DNA from: the human T2T-CHM13v2.0 reference genome, Homo sapiens
Assembly: GCF_009914755.1 (NCBI RefSeq)
Contig: NC_060925.1
DNA length: 64,000 bases
Strand: one strand, 5' to 3'
A program made the translations under genes and the position numbers. Shown here piece by piece: positions 49,843 to 64,000 of the stretch (within the stretch, counting starts at the first letter, position 1; the number at the start of each line of letters is the position of its first letter). The notes under the pieces were generated by a model. The model was not told the DNA's origin. It made no database searches and saw only the letters and a list, made by a program, of their open reading frames with translations.

Positions 49843-51033
49843 GTAAGAACCATTTTCTCAGACCTCCTAAAGGGTGGTGGCACCCCTTAACATAACTTGG
49901 AAGAATGGGCATCTTCCTGGGACTTAAAGTATGCTATTATTATCAGGGAACACCAGGGCAGTTCATGGTTTGCAGATCATTGAGGGGGCAAAAATATGGC
50001 ATATATTGCCCTCTTATGTATCTCCTTATTTACATAAATGTAATCCTTAGTTAAATTAACAATACTGTAATATAAGGAAGGATACTGTAAGGTAAAGATC
50101 CTGAAATGTACCCTTACTTGCATTTATATGTGTACATATGTATGTACATATAAATGTATACATGTATATATCACTATTTTACTTATAATCACCACCTCTA
50201 TTTAGTTGGAAATAAGGATATTTTAAATGAAAAGAATTAAAACACAGCATTTTGTTTCACATCAGGTTTTGCTAAGACAAATTCTGGTACAGACAGACAG
50301 GAAGATTTGAGAAAAATCAATGAGAGGAAAAAGTCACTATTGAGACAATTTTACTGTCTTAGTTATTACCCCCAGGGAATTAGGGGAGAGGAAACACCTT
50401 TATTTGCTTTCAGTAGTGCTTTCTAATCTGTGGAATGCCAGGGTCCCAGTGTGGGAGCCTTTGAGAATAAAGGATTTAATGCAATGGTGGTGTGGTTTGG
50501 TCTGTATGAGAATGATAGTAACAGCCAATATTTATTAAGCAATATTCATTAATATTACTAATTACATGCAGGCACTGTGAGAACCCTATATGTGGATGAT
50601 CTCATTCCAACTCCAACACTCTACGAGTTAGATATTTTCATTACCCCAGTTCACAGATGAGGAAATCAAGCCTCAGGAGGTTAAGAGACTTGCTAGGCAC
50701 TATGTTAGCTCAAGCTAGAAAGGGGCAAAGTTGAGATTTGAACTCCAGTCTGAATCCAGAGCTCACACCCTAAACCTCTGCGTTCTACAGTCAAAGAGCT
50801 TCACAGATATTTTTAATGGCTTGTAGGATGGATTGGAGGGTGGGCGTCTTAGAGAAAGTTGTTCAGGCAGTACCACGAAGGAGAATCAGTGAGAAGATTG
50901 ACCGGAAGTTTGCTGGAGTAGAGGAAAACCTAGTCGGCATCGGCCCAAGTGCTGTGTCTGTAGGAAGAAGACGGTGACAATGGCTGGCAAAGGAAGCCTT
51001 CCTAGTGAATCTTAAAAACCATTTATTTTCTAG

Positions 51034-51097
51034 AAACCCACCATGGCATATGCTCTCGTTTGTGCAAGGAGAGTGACTCCGTGGTTCTGGCAGTTGG
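51034..51097 (+). CDS. AADACL3: AADACL3 coding exon 3
   Basis: ttttctag|AA ACC...(K)[21 protein letters not shown]...GG|gtgag; 64 nt restores frame between exons 2 and 4. Confidence 0.92.
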
Positions 51098-51269
51098 GTG
51101 AGTAAAGGGGAGATCCCAGGGAGCCAGCAAGGAGCAAGGCTCTGATGTGGAGAGATGGGGTGAGAAGTAGAAATGGGGGTGGGGGGTGGGGGATGGGAGC
51201 AGATGGGAGCTGGAGGAAGCCCAGAGGTGGGGATGGGCTGGGAGAAGCCAGTGAAGAGAGAAAAAGAAG

Positions 51270-51803
<534 letters not shown>

Positions 51804-52200
51804 CTAAATGCCTGTGGTACCCCGCACCATCACTCAAACAACCCGAAATGCTGCCACGTTCACTTCCAAGTGCTCCCAAAAGGGAGGTCCCCCTGGCTGA
51901 GACCCACTGAAGAAAGTGAGAAAAACAAAAACAAAAACAAACCCATTGTCTCTCCTAACAGATCTCTGACAGTCACCGCCCAGCCTGGAGCCTCAAAGAG
52001 GGCGTGGTGGGCATGGGGTCCCCTGTCCTGCTGCCTGATGCAGCATCACACACGTGGTTCCTCCTGGTTAAGTTTCCCTGTAGTTTCATTTAAAGGTACA
52101 CACTTTAAAGAAATATCAGTTCTCTGCATCTCAGTGGGGGTACATCTGCCAGCTTTCTTGTGGCACAGCTACCTGAGGTGAGTAGAAAACGAAGAGATGA

Positions 52201-52545
<345 letters not shown>

Positions 52546-53622
52546 TTACAATTCTCAGCTCCAGAAGGGTTTCTACCATGGGATCATGGGATGTTGCCGG
52601 ACACCTTGTCATTCTGATTGTACCAAACCAAGAGATCGTCAGTAGAACATGCTAGCAAGTCTCTGCCAGAAAGTTATTTTCTAAATCCAAGGTAGACAGG
52701 ATTTTGGAGTTAAGGGCATTGCTTTCCAGGATGTCCTATTCCCGGGTGGCCTGAAATGGGGGTATGGAATGGAAACAGCTGATGGAAGTTTTGTTTGTTG
52801 CTCCCATAGAGTGTTTCTTTGTCTTTTTTTTTTTTTTAATTTGTGACCAGCATTTAAAAATAGTGAACTTTCTCACAAAACCTGGATTTCTGGAATCTCT
52901 TAGCAATACCAGGTAGGCAGGGCAGCCATGGTGTTGAGTGTGCATAGCTTGTTTGGAAGAGTGCTGTGTATCTCTGGCCTCTGGTGGTACAGTCAGTCCT
53001 CAGCAATGTCGACAGGTTCTTGGAACTGTAACTTGGAGTGAAACCAATTTTACCTATTACAAAACCTAGGCTAATTGATATAGACAGAATCAAGCTCTGA
53101 TGGTATAATTCTGGTCACAAAAACACCAGCTAATTTATTAAAAAATTTTTTAAAAATTTATTTTACTACTTTTATGTTTTATAATTTTCTTTAGTAGAGA
53201 CGAGGTCTTGCCATGTTGCCCAGGCTGGTCTCAAACTTCTGAGCTCAGGCAATCCTTCTTCCTCAGCTTCTCAAAGTGCTGAGGTTATAAGTGTGAGCCA
53301 CTATGCCTGCCCTAAGCTTCTAAATAAAGAAAAACACCTGCTAATATTAAAAATTGAAATAAAAGTGAGCTATACATATATTTTTAAAAGATTAAAAAAA
53401 ATAATAATTATTTACCCAATTTTTGGTGAATCAGTGAGTGATGGTGGTCATTCTGGTGGTGGGTTAAATCTAGGAATAAATGTTTACAAGGTAAAAATTG
53501 TCAGGAGTACCTCTGACTGTCTCCCAGTTCAAAACCACTCACAAATGTGGCAGCCTCATTGAGAGCTTCTGTACTGCATCATTTATTTTTGTGTAGATGT
53601 ATGATTATTGTAAACTTTATGC

Positions 53623-54900
<1,278 letters not shown>

Positions 54901-55337
54901 AACCTGCTGTATTTAAGTCTACAAGATCTCCCTTAACAAAATCTGTAGGTATGGCATGATTAATTAAAAACCCAAGCAGGTCTTGAAGTTGCTCATACAA
55001 GAATCATAAAACAGGAAGCAGGAGCAGGTGAGTCAGGGAAGCAACATGAGGCAGGTTCAGGAAGATGGGGCTAGTGTGGGTGATATTTACATTGTTGGCC
55101 AATTGGTGGATGTCTCGTGACACAGGTCCCCCATTAGGGCATTGAGACAGTAGGAATGGCACCTGCCTAGGTATGTGGGCTTTATGTGTCTCATCTCATT
55201 TAAGCCTCACACCTAACTTTAACTGCTCAAGTTTCACAAAGTGAAGTGAATGGACTAATTTGGGCTAAAAGATGCTAGACGCTGATATTTTGGATCTGCC
55301 GGGGCGTTATCAACTGTGTTTCTTGATTCCTTTTTAG

Positions 55338-56112
55338 TTACCGCAAGTTACCTAAGCATAAGTTTCCAGTGCCAGTAAGAGACTGCTTGGTGGCCACCAT
55401 CCACTTCCTGAAGTCCCTGGATGCATATGGAGTGGATCCAGCCCGGGTTGTGGTCTGCGGTGACAGTTTCGGAGGGGCAATAGCCGCAGTGGTTTGTCAA
55501 CAACTTGTGGACAGGCCAGATCTGCCCCGGATCCGGGCTCAGATCCTGATCTATGCCATTCTCCAAGCCCTGGATTTACAAACCCCTTCGTTTCAACAGA
55601 GGAAAAACATCCCACTGCTCACCTGGAGTTTCATCTGCTACTGTTTTTTTCAAAACCTGGATTTCAGCTCCTCCTGGCAAGAGGTCATCATGAAAGGTGC
55701 CCATTTGCCTGCTGAAGTCTGGGAAAAGTACAGAAAGTGGTTGGGCCCAGAAAACATCCCTGAGAGGTTTAAGGAGAGGGGTTACCAACTGAAGCCCCAT
55801 GAGCCCATGAATGAAGCTGCTTACTTGGAAGTAAGTGTTGTCCTGGATGTGATGTGCTCGCCCCTGATTGCAGAAGATGACATAGTGTCTCAGCTCCCGG
55901 AAACCTGCATCGTGAGCTGTGAGTATGATGCTCTCCGGGACAATTCACTGTTGTACAAGAAAAGGCTGGAAGACCTGGGAGTGCCCGTGACCTGGCACCA
56001 TATGGAGGATGGTTTCCATGGAGTGCTCAGGACCATTGACATGAGCTTCTTGCACTTTCCCTGCTCCATGAGAATTCTGAGTGCATTAGTTCAATTTGTA
56101 AAGGGACTGTGA
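55338..56112 (+). CDS. AADACL3: AADACL3 coding exon 4 (catalytic S193 in GDSFG, D347, H377; stop TGA 56110-56112)
   Basis: tttttag|T TAC acceptor; ORF 55369..56112; spliced CDS totals 1224 nt = 407 aa alpha/beta hydrolase of HSL/GDXG family. Confidence 0.96.
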
Positions 56113-58401
56113 CCATCTTTCTTCTCTGCTGGTACTGCGGTGTGGATTCCACTGGCATCCAGCCTCCCACAGGGCTCTCTGTTGCTGATTTAGGTGGTGC
56201 ATAGTGGGGCTAGGGAGGAGGTAGAGGTTGCTGTCACCTTTCTGGTCCAGGTTCTAGAACCACACAATGCATGCTCCTGATGTCCAGAGGACGTGGTAGA
56301 AAAGACAGGTTTGGAGGTGGGAGTGTGGCTGTCTCTATTCTCTGTTGGGAAAACCTGGGCTGACAATATTCAGTGGCCATTTGTGGGAGTGAATCAGCCG
56401 GTAAGAGCTGTTCTCAGCCTCTCTAAGGGGCAGTTCAGGCTCCCAGATTGATCCAGACTGTGTGTGACTTTTGTCCATTTGACTTGACTTTGGAATAGCA
56501 CAAGGGCATCACGTACTTCACGAGGCTTTCCCAATGTGGCTCAGAGGCAGGAGCTCTGATGCTCTAGGCTGCTGTGAGGTGGTGGTGGTGGTGGAGAAAC
56601 TGGCTTCACCCACCTACTCTTCTGTGAACAGTAGTGACTTTTCCCGCTGTTTCTCAGCCTCTGGGATCAGAGTCTTCACTGTCTGGGCTGGAAACTTTAA
56701 GATAGAATGGATAGAGCTTCCACAGTGGTTGGCATCTAGTGGTGGATGAAGACAGCCTGCAGCTGCCCGACTTGGGGAGCTCTGGAGCTCCTGGAATCAA
56801 AGCCTGTCTTCCAACCAGAAGCCCCAAGGCAATGTTCTAAGAATTTGAGAAGAGAAGTTGGGAGGGAAGTGGGGTCCTGAGTTAGAGACCCATGAAGGCT
56901 GAGTCTAACCAGATAACCCTGTCCACAGTGCAAAGTCAAGACAGCCAAAGGAACAGAAGATGTATTTGTGAAAACTATTTCTTTTTTAAGACATGGAACC
57001 AACTCAAATTGGCCTCTATTAGAAAGACAATAGATTGGCTTAGGTAGGGATGCATGCTAGGCATACATCAGGCAAGGTTTGATCCAGGAACTCACACAGT
57101 GCCATCAGCTGTCCTGTCTTCTCTGCTCTGCTCTTCTCTCCTCTGTGTTAATGCCACCTTCTCCTCTTCATACGGTGGCACTGAGCAGCTTCATGCCTAC
57201 CTTCCTCCAGGGTCAAGTTCATTATCATGGACTTGCCTCATGCTCAGCAGTCCCAGAAAAAAGCCTAATTGCAACTTGATGGCTTTGTTGGCTTTCTGAG
57301 CAATGTGTCCAGTTGCCACAGTGAAGGGAATGGAATAATCTAACTCACCATTCCCAAGTCCTATGCCATCCTGAGAGTGGGGGGTGGAGTCAATTCACCT
57401 TGGTGCTTGGACTAAGCATGAGGTGGTGAGTGACAACGTTCCTAATTGAAGGGTAGGGTAAATGGTTGTTGGGTGGACACCAACACTTATTCTACTACAG
57501 AAGCTAAATTGAACCCTCAGGCAGGGTACGTGAAAGTGGCAAGAGATGTCAAGACCACTGGGCAAGTTGGCCAGTTGTTCCTTAGGAATGAAAATTCTTT
57601 TGAAAGGAATGGCCAGGGTCCTCTGCTGGCCCCACTTGGTCTTCTGGAGGCTCTGATCTTGGTTGGTTAGTGGTCTTTACAGGCCAAGGTCAAGGCCATT
57701 GCACAAAAAACCCTGTGCATGCCCTTAACTTGCTTTCAGTTGAATATTTGGGCTGAACTATGAGGCAGAGAGGAATCCCACTGGGTGGCTCCTTGCTGCA
57801 TTCGCAGTTGACCAGCATGGGGTTTGTTGGAGAAATAGGAACCATCCCCTGAAAACACACACTATGGTAGCCACTCAACTGTTGAAAGGCACTGGAGTCC
57901 AATGGGTGAGGCCGCCTCTGAGACAAGCCTCTGAGTTGAGGCTGGGAGAGGCTCCCTCCTTGGAGTGTTGCTTTTTTTGTTTCACCCCTGCCTCTGGAGA
58001 TGGGTAGAGGAACATGAGCTGACCTTCTGGGAAGTTAGGTTGGTGAGGAGTTGCTGAGGCACTGCAGGGCCATGCCCAGTAGAGAGGAATGTATAACATT
58101 TTAAGAGGCTGAGAGCACCCCTTGTTGGACGCATGCCCATGGCAGCTTCCTTCTGCCGATCATGGGAGAAATCAAGCACTTTCACCTAATGGCTAGATGA
58201 TTGATTTTGGGATGAAATTCTCCACTCCTCTCCTTTACCACATCACCACTATCCTTCCTGCGATACATCCACGAGACTCACTGAGTGGAAAAGGGATAGG
58301 AATGAATGTTCACCCAGGGCCAGCTACATGCTAGGCACTGTACTGGACCATTTAAATTTGCCACCTCTTATGTTCCTCACATTAATCTTACAGAGTAGGT
58401 A

Positions 58402-60670
58402 CAGACATACCTATGGATATTGCAGATTCAGTTCCAGACCACAGCAATAAAGCAAGTCACATGAATTTTTTGCTTTCCTTAGTGCATGTAAAAGTTACAT
58501 TTCCACTATATTATAGTTTATTAAGTGTGCAATAGCATTATGTCTTTAAAAAGCGTGTACATACCTTAATTTAAAAATACCTTGTTGCTGAAAAATGCTA
58601 ACAATCATCTGAGCCTTCAGTGATTGCAGTAGCCTAGGCTACTATTTTCTATGTGGGGTTTGCACATTCTGCCCATGTCTGCGTGGGTTTTCTCTGAGTT
58701 CTCCAGCTTCCTCCCACATTCCAAAGATGTGTATGTTACATTCATGGGAATGTCTAAATTGTCGTAATCTTTTTGCTGGTTGATGGTCTTGCCTTGATGT
58801 TGATGCTGCAGGTGGTGGTTGCTGAAGGTGGGGGAGGCTGTGGCAATTTCTTAAAATAAAATAAGACAACAGTGGATTTGCCACATCAATGGACTCTTCC
58901 TTTCATGAAAGATTTCTCTGTAGCAGATGATGCTGTTCTATAGCATTTTACCCACAGTAGAATTTCTTTCAAAACTGGAGGTGGTCCTCTCAAACCCTAT
59001 GCTACTTTATCGACGAAGTTTATGTAGTATTCTAAATCTTTTGTTGTCATTTCAACAGTGTTCATAGCATTTTCACCCAGAGTAGATTCCATCTCAAGAA
59101 ACCACGATTTTTGCTTATCTGTAGGAAGCAAATCCTCATCTGGCCAACTTATTCATGAGATTGAAGCAATTCAGTCATATTTTCAGGCTCCACTCCTAAT
59201 TCTAGTTCTCTTGTTATTTCCACCACATCTGCAGTTACATCTTCCACTGAAGTCATGAACCCCTCAAAGTCATCCATAAGGGTTGGAATCAACTTCTTCC
59301 AAACTGTTAATGATGTTATTTTGACCACCTCCCATAAATCATGAATGTTCCTCATGGCATCTGGAATGGTGAATTCTTTTTAGAAGTTTTCCAGTTTACT
59401 TTGCTGAGGTCCATAAGAGGACTCACTGTCTATGACAACTATAGCCTTACAAATTGTATTTCTTAAATAATTGGACTTGAAAGTCAAAATACTCCTTGAT
59501 CCACAGGCTGCAGAAGGGATGTTGTGTCAGCAGGCATGAACACTACTTTAACCTTGTACATCTTCATCAGAGTTCTTGGGTTATCAAGTGTCTTGTAAAT
59601 AAGCAGTAATATTTTCAAAGAAATCTTTTATTCTGAGCAGTAGGTCTCAACAGTGGGCTTAAAATATCTAGTAAACCATGCTGTAAATAGATGTGCTGGC
59701 ACCCAGGCTTCTTTGTTCCATTTATAGAGCACAGGGAGGCTAGATTTAGCATAATTTTTCAGGGCCCATTCTTGGAATGGAAATGAGCATTGGCTTCAAC
59801 TTAAAGTCACCAGCTGCATTAGCTCCTAACAAGAGAGTCAGCCTGTTCTTTGAAGCTTTGAAGGCAGGCATTGACTTCTTCTCTCTAGCTATGAAAGCCC
59901 TAGATGGCATCTTCTTCCCATAGAAGGCTGTTTCATCTACAATGAAAATCTTTTGTTTCATGTAATCACCTTCATCAATCATCTTAGGTGAGTCTCCTGG
60001 ATACCTTGCTGCAGCTTCCCCATCAGCTCTCCTTCACCTTGCACTTTTATGATTATGTTATGGAGACAACTTCTTTCTTTCAACCTCTTGAACCAAACCC
60101 TGGCTAGCTTCCTCACTTCCCCCTCAGCCTTCATGGAATGAAAGAGTTAGGCTCTTCCTCTGGATTAGGCTTTGGTTTACAGGAATGCTGTGGCTGGTTT
60201 GATCTCCTATTCAGATCATTACATTTTCCTGCATGTCAGCAATAAGGCTGTTTTTCTTTCTTATCTATCATGTTTCTCTGGAGTAGCACTTTTAATTTCC
60301 TTCAAGAACATTTCCTTTGCATTCACAAGTTGGGTAACTGGTGTAAATGATAGAGCTTTTGGCCTGTCTCAGCTTTTGACATGCCTTCCTCACTAAGTTT
60401 AATCATTTCTAGCTTTTGATTTCAAGTGAGAAATGTGTGACTCTTCCTTTCACCTGAACATTTACAGTTCCTTGTAGGGTTATTAATTAGCCAAATTTCA
60501 ATATTGTTGAAATCTCAGGGAATAGGGAGGCCCTAAGGGAGGGAGAGAGATGGGAGGGTGTCAGTCAGTGGAGCAGTCAGAACACACAACATTTATTAAG
60601 TTCACTGTCTTATATGGGTGTGGTTCGTGGCACCAAAACAATTACAGTAGTAACACCAAGATTACTGACC
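58402..60670 (-). mobile_element. Tigger1 DNA transposon (decayed transposase)
   Basis: TA|cagacatacc TIR; minus ORF IDEGDY...[17 protein letters not shown]...[18 protein letters not shown]. Confidence 0.88.
58446..58860 (+). terminator. Candidate AADACL3 polyadenylation signals
   Basis: AATAAA at 58446-58451 and 58855-58860; no earlier AATAAA noticed after the stop codon. Confidence 0.45.
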
Positions 60671-60674
60671 ACAA

Positions 60675-60795
60675 GCCAGGCATGGTGGTGCATGCTGTGG
60701 CCCCAGCCACTCAGGAGGCTGAGTTGGGAGGATTGCTTGAACCCAGGAATTTGAATACAACCTCTGCAACATAGTGAGACGCCTGTCTCTAAAAT
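60675..60795 (+). mobile_element. Alu monomer
   Basis: gccaggcatggtggtgcatg...gacgcctgtctct. Confidence 0.7.
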
Positions 60796-60857
60796 TTTTT
60801 TTTTTTTAATTTAAGAAAGGAAACAAGGCCAGGGGCAGCGGCTCACTCCTGTAATCC

Positions 60858-63800
60858 CTCCTAACACTATCCCTCCCCTTGTCCCCCACTCCCCGACAGG
60901 CCCTGGTGTGTGATGTTCCCCTCTCTGTGTCCATGTATTCTCATTGTTCAACTCCCACTTGTGAGTGAGAAATGCGGTGTTTGGTTTTCTGTTCCTGTGT
61001 TAGTTTGCTCAGAATGATGGTTTCTAGCTTCATCCATGTCCCTGCAAAGGACATGAACTTATCCTCTTTTATGGCTGCATAGTATTCTATGGTGTATATG
61101 TGCCACATTTTCTTTATCCAGTCTATCATTGATGGGCATCTGGGTTGGTTCCAAGTCTTTGCTATTGTAAATAGTGCTGCAATAAACATATGTGTCCATG
61201 TGTCTTTATAGTAGAATGATTTATAATCCTTTAGGTATATGCCCAGTAATGGGATTGCTGGGTCAAATGGTATTTCTGGTTCTAGATCCTTGAGGAATCG
61301 CCACACTGTCTTCCACAATGGTTGAACTAATTTACACTCCCACCAACAGTGTAAAAGTTTTCCTATTTCTCCATATCCTCTCCAGCATCTGTTGTTACTT
61401 GACTTTTTAATAATTGCCATTCTAACTGGCATGAGATGGTATCTCATTGTGGTTTTGATTTGCATTTCTCTAATGACCAGTGATGGTGAGCTTTTTTTCA
61501 TGTTTGTTGGCCACGTAATGTTTTCTTTTGAGAAGTGTCTGTTCATATCCTTCACCCACTTTTTGATGGGGTTGTTTGTTTTTTTCTTGTAAATTTGTTT
61601 AAGTTCCTTGTGGAGTGTGGATATTAGACCTTTGTCAGATGGAGAGATTGCAAATTTTTCTCGCATTCTGTAGGTTGCCTGTTCACTCTGATGATCGTTT
61701 CTTTTGCTGAGCAGAAGCTCTTTAGTTTAATTAGATCCCATTTGTCAATTTTGGCTTTCGTTGCAATTGCTTTTGGTATTTTAGTCATGAAGTCTTTGCC
61801 CATGCCTGTGTCCTGAATGGTATTGCCTAGGTTTTCTTTTAGGGTTTTTATGGTTTTAGGTCTCATGTTTAAGTCTTTAATTCATCTTGAGTTAGTTTTT
61901 GTATAAGGTGTAAGGAAGGGGTCCAGTTTCAGTTTTCTGCATATGGCTAGCCAGCTTCCCCAACACCATTGATTAAATAGGGAATCCTTTCCCCGTTGCT
62001 TGTGTTTGTCAGGTTTGTCAAAGATCAGATGGTTGTAGACATGTGGTGTTATTGCTGAGGCCTCTGTTCTGTTCCATTGGTCTTCATGTCTGTTTTGGTA
62101 CCAGTATCATGCTGTTTTGGTTATTGTAGCCTTGTAGTATAGTTTGAAGTCAGATAGCATCATGCCTCCAGCTTTGTTCTTTTTGCTTAGGATTGTCTTG
62201 GATATATGGGCTCCTTTTTGGTTCCATATGAAATTTAAAGTAGTTTTTTCTAATTCTGTGAAGGAAGTCAATGGTAGCTTGATGGGAATAGCATTGAATC
62301 TATACATTACTTGGGGCTGTATGGCCATTTTCACAATATTGATTCTTCCTATCCATGAGCATGGAATGTTTTCTATTTGTTTGTGCCCTCTCTTATTTCC
62401 TTGAGCAGTCCTTTGTAGTTCTCCTTGAAAAAATCCTCAGGTCCCTTGTAAGTTGTGTTCCTAGGTATTTTATTCTCTTTGTAGCGATTGTGAATGGGAG
62501 TTCACTCATGATTTGAGTCTCTGTTTGTCTATTGTTGGTGTATAGGAATGACTGGGCTTTTGCACATTGATTTTGTATCCTGAGACTTTGCTGAAGTTGC
62601 TTATCAGCTTAAGGAGATTTTGGTCTGAGATGATGGGGTTTTCTAATTATACAATTATGTCATCTGCAAACAGAGATAATTTGACTTCCTCTCTTCCTGT
62701 TTGAATGCCATTTATTTCTTTCTCTTGCCTGATTGCCCTGGCCAGAACTTCCAATACTATGCTGAATAGGAGTGGTGAGAGGGGGCATCCTTGTCCTGTG
62801 TTGGTTTTTTAAAAGGAATACTTCCAGCTTTTGCCCATTCAGTATGATATTGGCTATGGGTTTGTCATAAGTAGCTCATCATTTTGAGATATGTTCCATC
62901 AATATCTAGTTTATTGAGTGTTTTTAGCATGAAGAGGTGTTTAATTTTATTGAAGGCCTTTTCTGCATCTAGTGAGATAATTATGTGGTTTTTGTCTTTG
63001 GTTCTGTTTATGTGATGGATTATGTTTATTGATTTGCATATGTTGAACCAGTCTTGCATGCCAGGGATGAAGCTGACTTGATCATGGTGGATAAGCTTTT
63101 CGATGTGCTGCTGGATTCGGTTTGCCAGTATTTTATTGAGGATTTTCACATCGATGTTCATCAGGGATATTAGTCTGAACTTTTCTTTTTTTGTTGTGTC
63201 TCTGCCAGGTTTTGGTATCAGGATGATGCTGGCCTCATAAAATGAGTTAGGGAGGAGTCCCTCTTTTTGTACTGTTTGGAATAGTTTCAGAAGGAATGGT
63301 ACCAGCTGTTCTTTGTATCTCTGTTAGAATTTGGCTGTGAATCTGTCTGGTCCTGGGCTTTTTTTTTTTTTGGTTGGTAGGCTATTAATTACTGCCTCAA
63401 TTTCAGAACTTTTTGTTGTTCTATTCAGGGATTTGACTTCTTCCTGGTTTAGTCTTCGGAGGGTGTATGTGTCCAGAATTTATCCTTTTCTTCTAGATTT
63501 TCTAGTTTATTTAAGTAGAGGTGTTTATAGTGTTCTCAGATGGTAGTTTGTATTTCTGTGGAATCAGTGGTAATATCTCCTTTATCATTTTTTATTGTAT
63601 CTGTTTGATTCTTCTCTCTTTCCTTCTTGATTAGTCTGGCTAGCAGTCTACTTTTTTCATCTTTTCAAAAAATCAGCTCCTGGATTCATTGATTTTTTGA
63701 AGGGTTTTTTTATGTCTCTATGTCCTTCAGGTCTACTCTGATCTTAGTTATTTCTTGTCTTCTGCTAGCTTTTGAATTTGTTTGCTCTTGCTTCTCTAGT

Positions 63801-64000
63801 TCTTTTAATTGTGATGTTACAGTGTTGATTTTAGATCTTTCCCCCTTTCTCCTGTGGGCATTTAGTGCTATAAATTTCCCTCTAAACACTGCTTTCAGCT
63901 GTGTCCCAGAGATTCTGGTACATTGAGTCTTTGTTTTCATTGGTTTCAATGAACTTATTTATTTCTGCCTTAATTTCATTATTTACCCAGTAGTCATTCA
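60858..64000 (-). mobile_element. L1PA (about L1PA7/8) ORF2 and 3'UTR, continuing beyond the window; extreme 3' end missing
   Basis: minus-strand ORF2 fragments (60941..61666, 61624..61866, 62107..62334, 62865..63161). Confidence 0.95.

Overview
Primate (almost certainly human) genomic DNA, repeat-dense, matching the 1p36.21 AADACL cluster. The one protein-coding gene is AADACL3, a 4-exon HSL/GDXG-family lipase-esterase on the + strand. Its CDS is 46328-46495, 49626-49842, 51034-51097 and 55338-56112 (1224 nt, 407 aa), with HGGG, GDSFG and the Asp/His triad residues intact. The ~46 kb upstream is a mosaic of Alu, L1, MaLR/ERVL LTRs, ERVL internal remnants, DNA transposons and a nearly full-length decayed HERVIP10-type provirus on the minus strand. 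That provirus carries a nested MER11D-like solo LTR and an Alu, and is fused at its primer-binding site to a rearranged HERV-H/LTR7 remnant 2 kb upstream of AADACL3. The most notable unexplained signals are: (1) an orphan, stop-free, splice-intact paralogous 'exon 2' of an AADACL-family gene at 15479-15674 with a destroyed oxyanion-hole motif; (2) a ~105-bp RPL23A coding fragment patched into an Alu without polyA or TSD; (3) the HERVIP10/HERV-H deletion-inversion junction; (4) a probable L1 3' transduction. I found no evidence for a novel multi-gene system. Most short ORFs in the track are Alu/L1/ERV read-throughs. Repeat subfamily names come from memory of consensus sequences and need RepeatMasker/Dfam confirmation; repeat boundaries are approximate unless a TSD is given.
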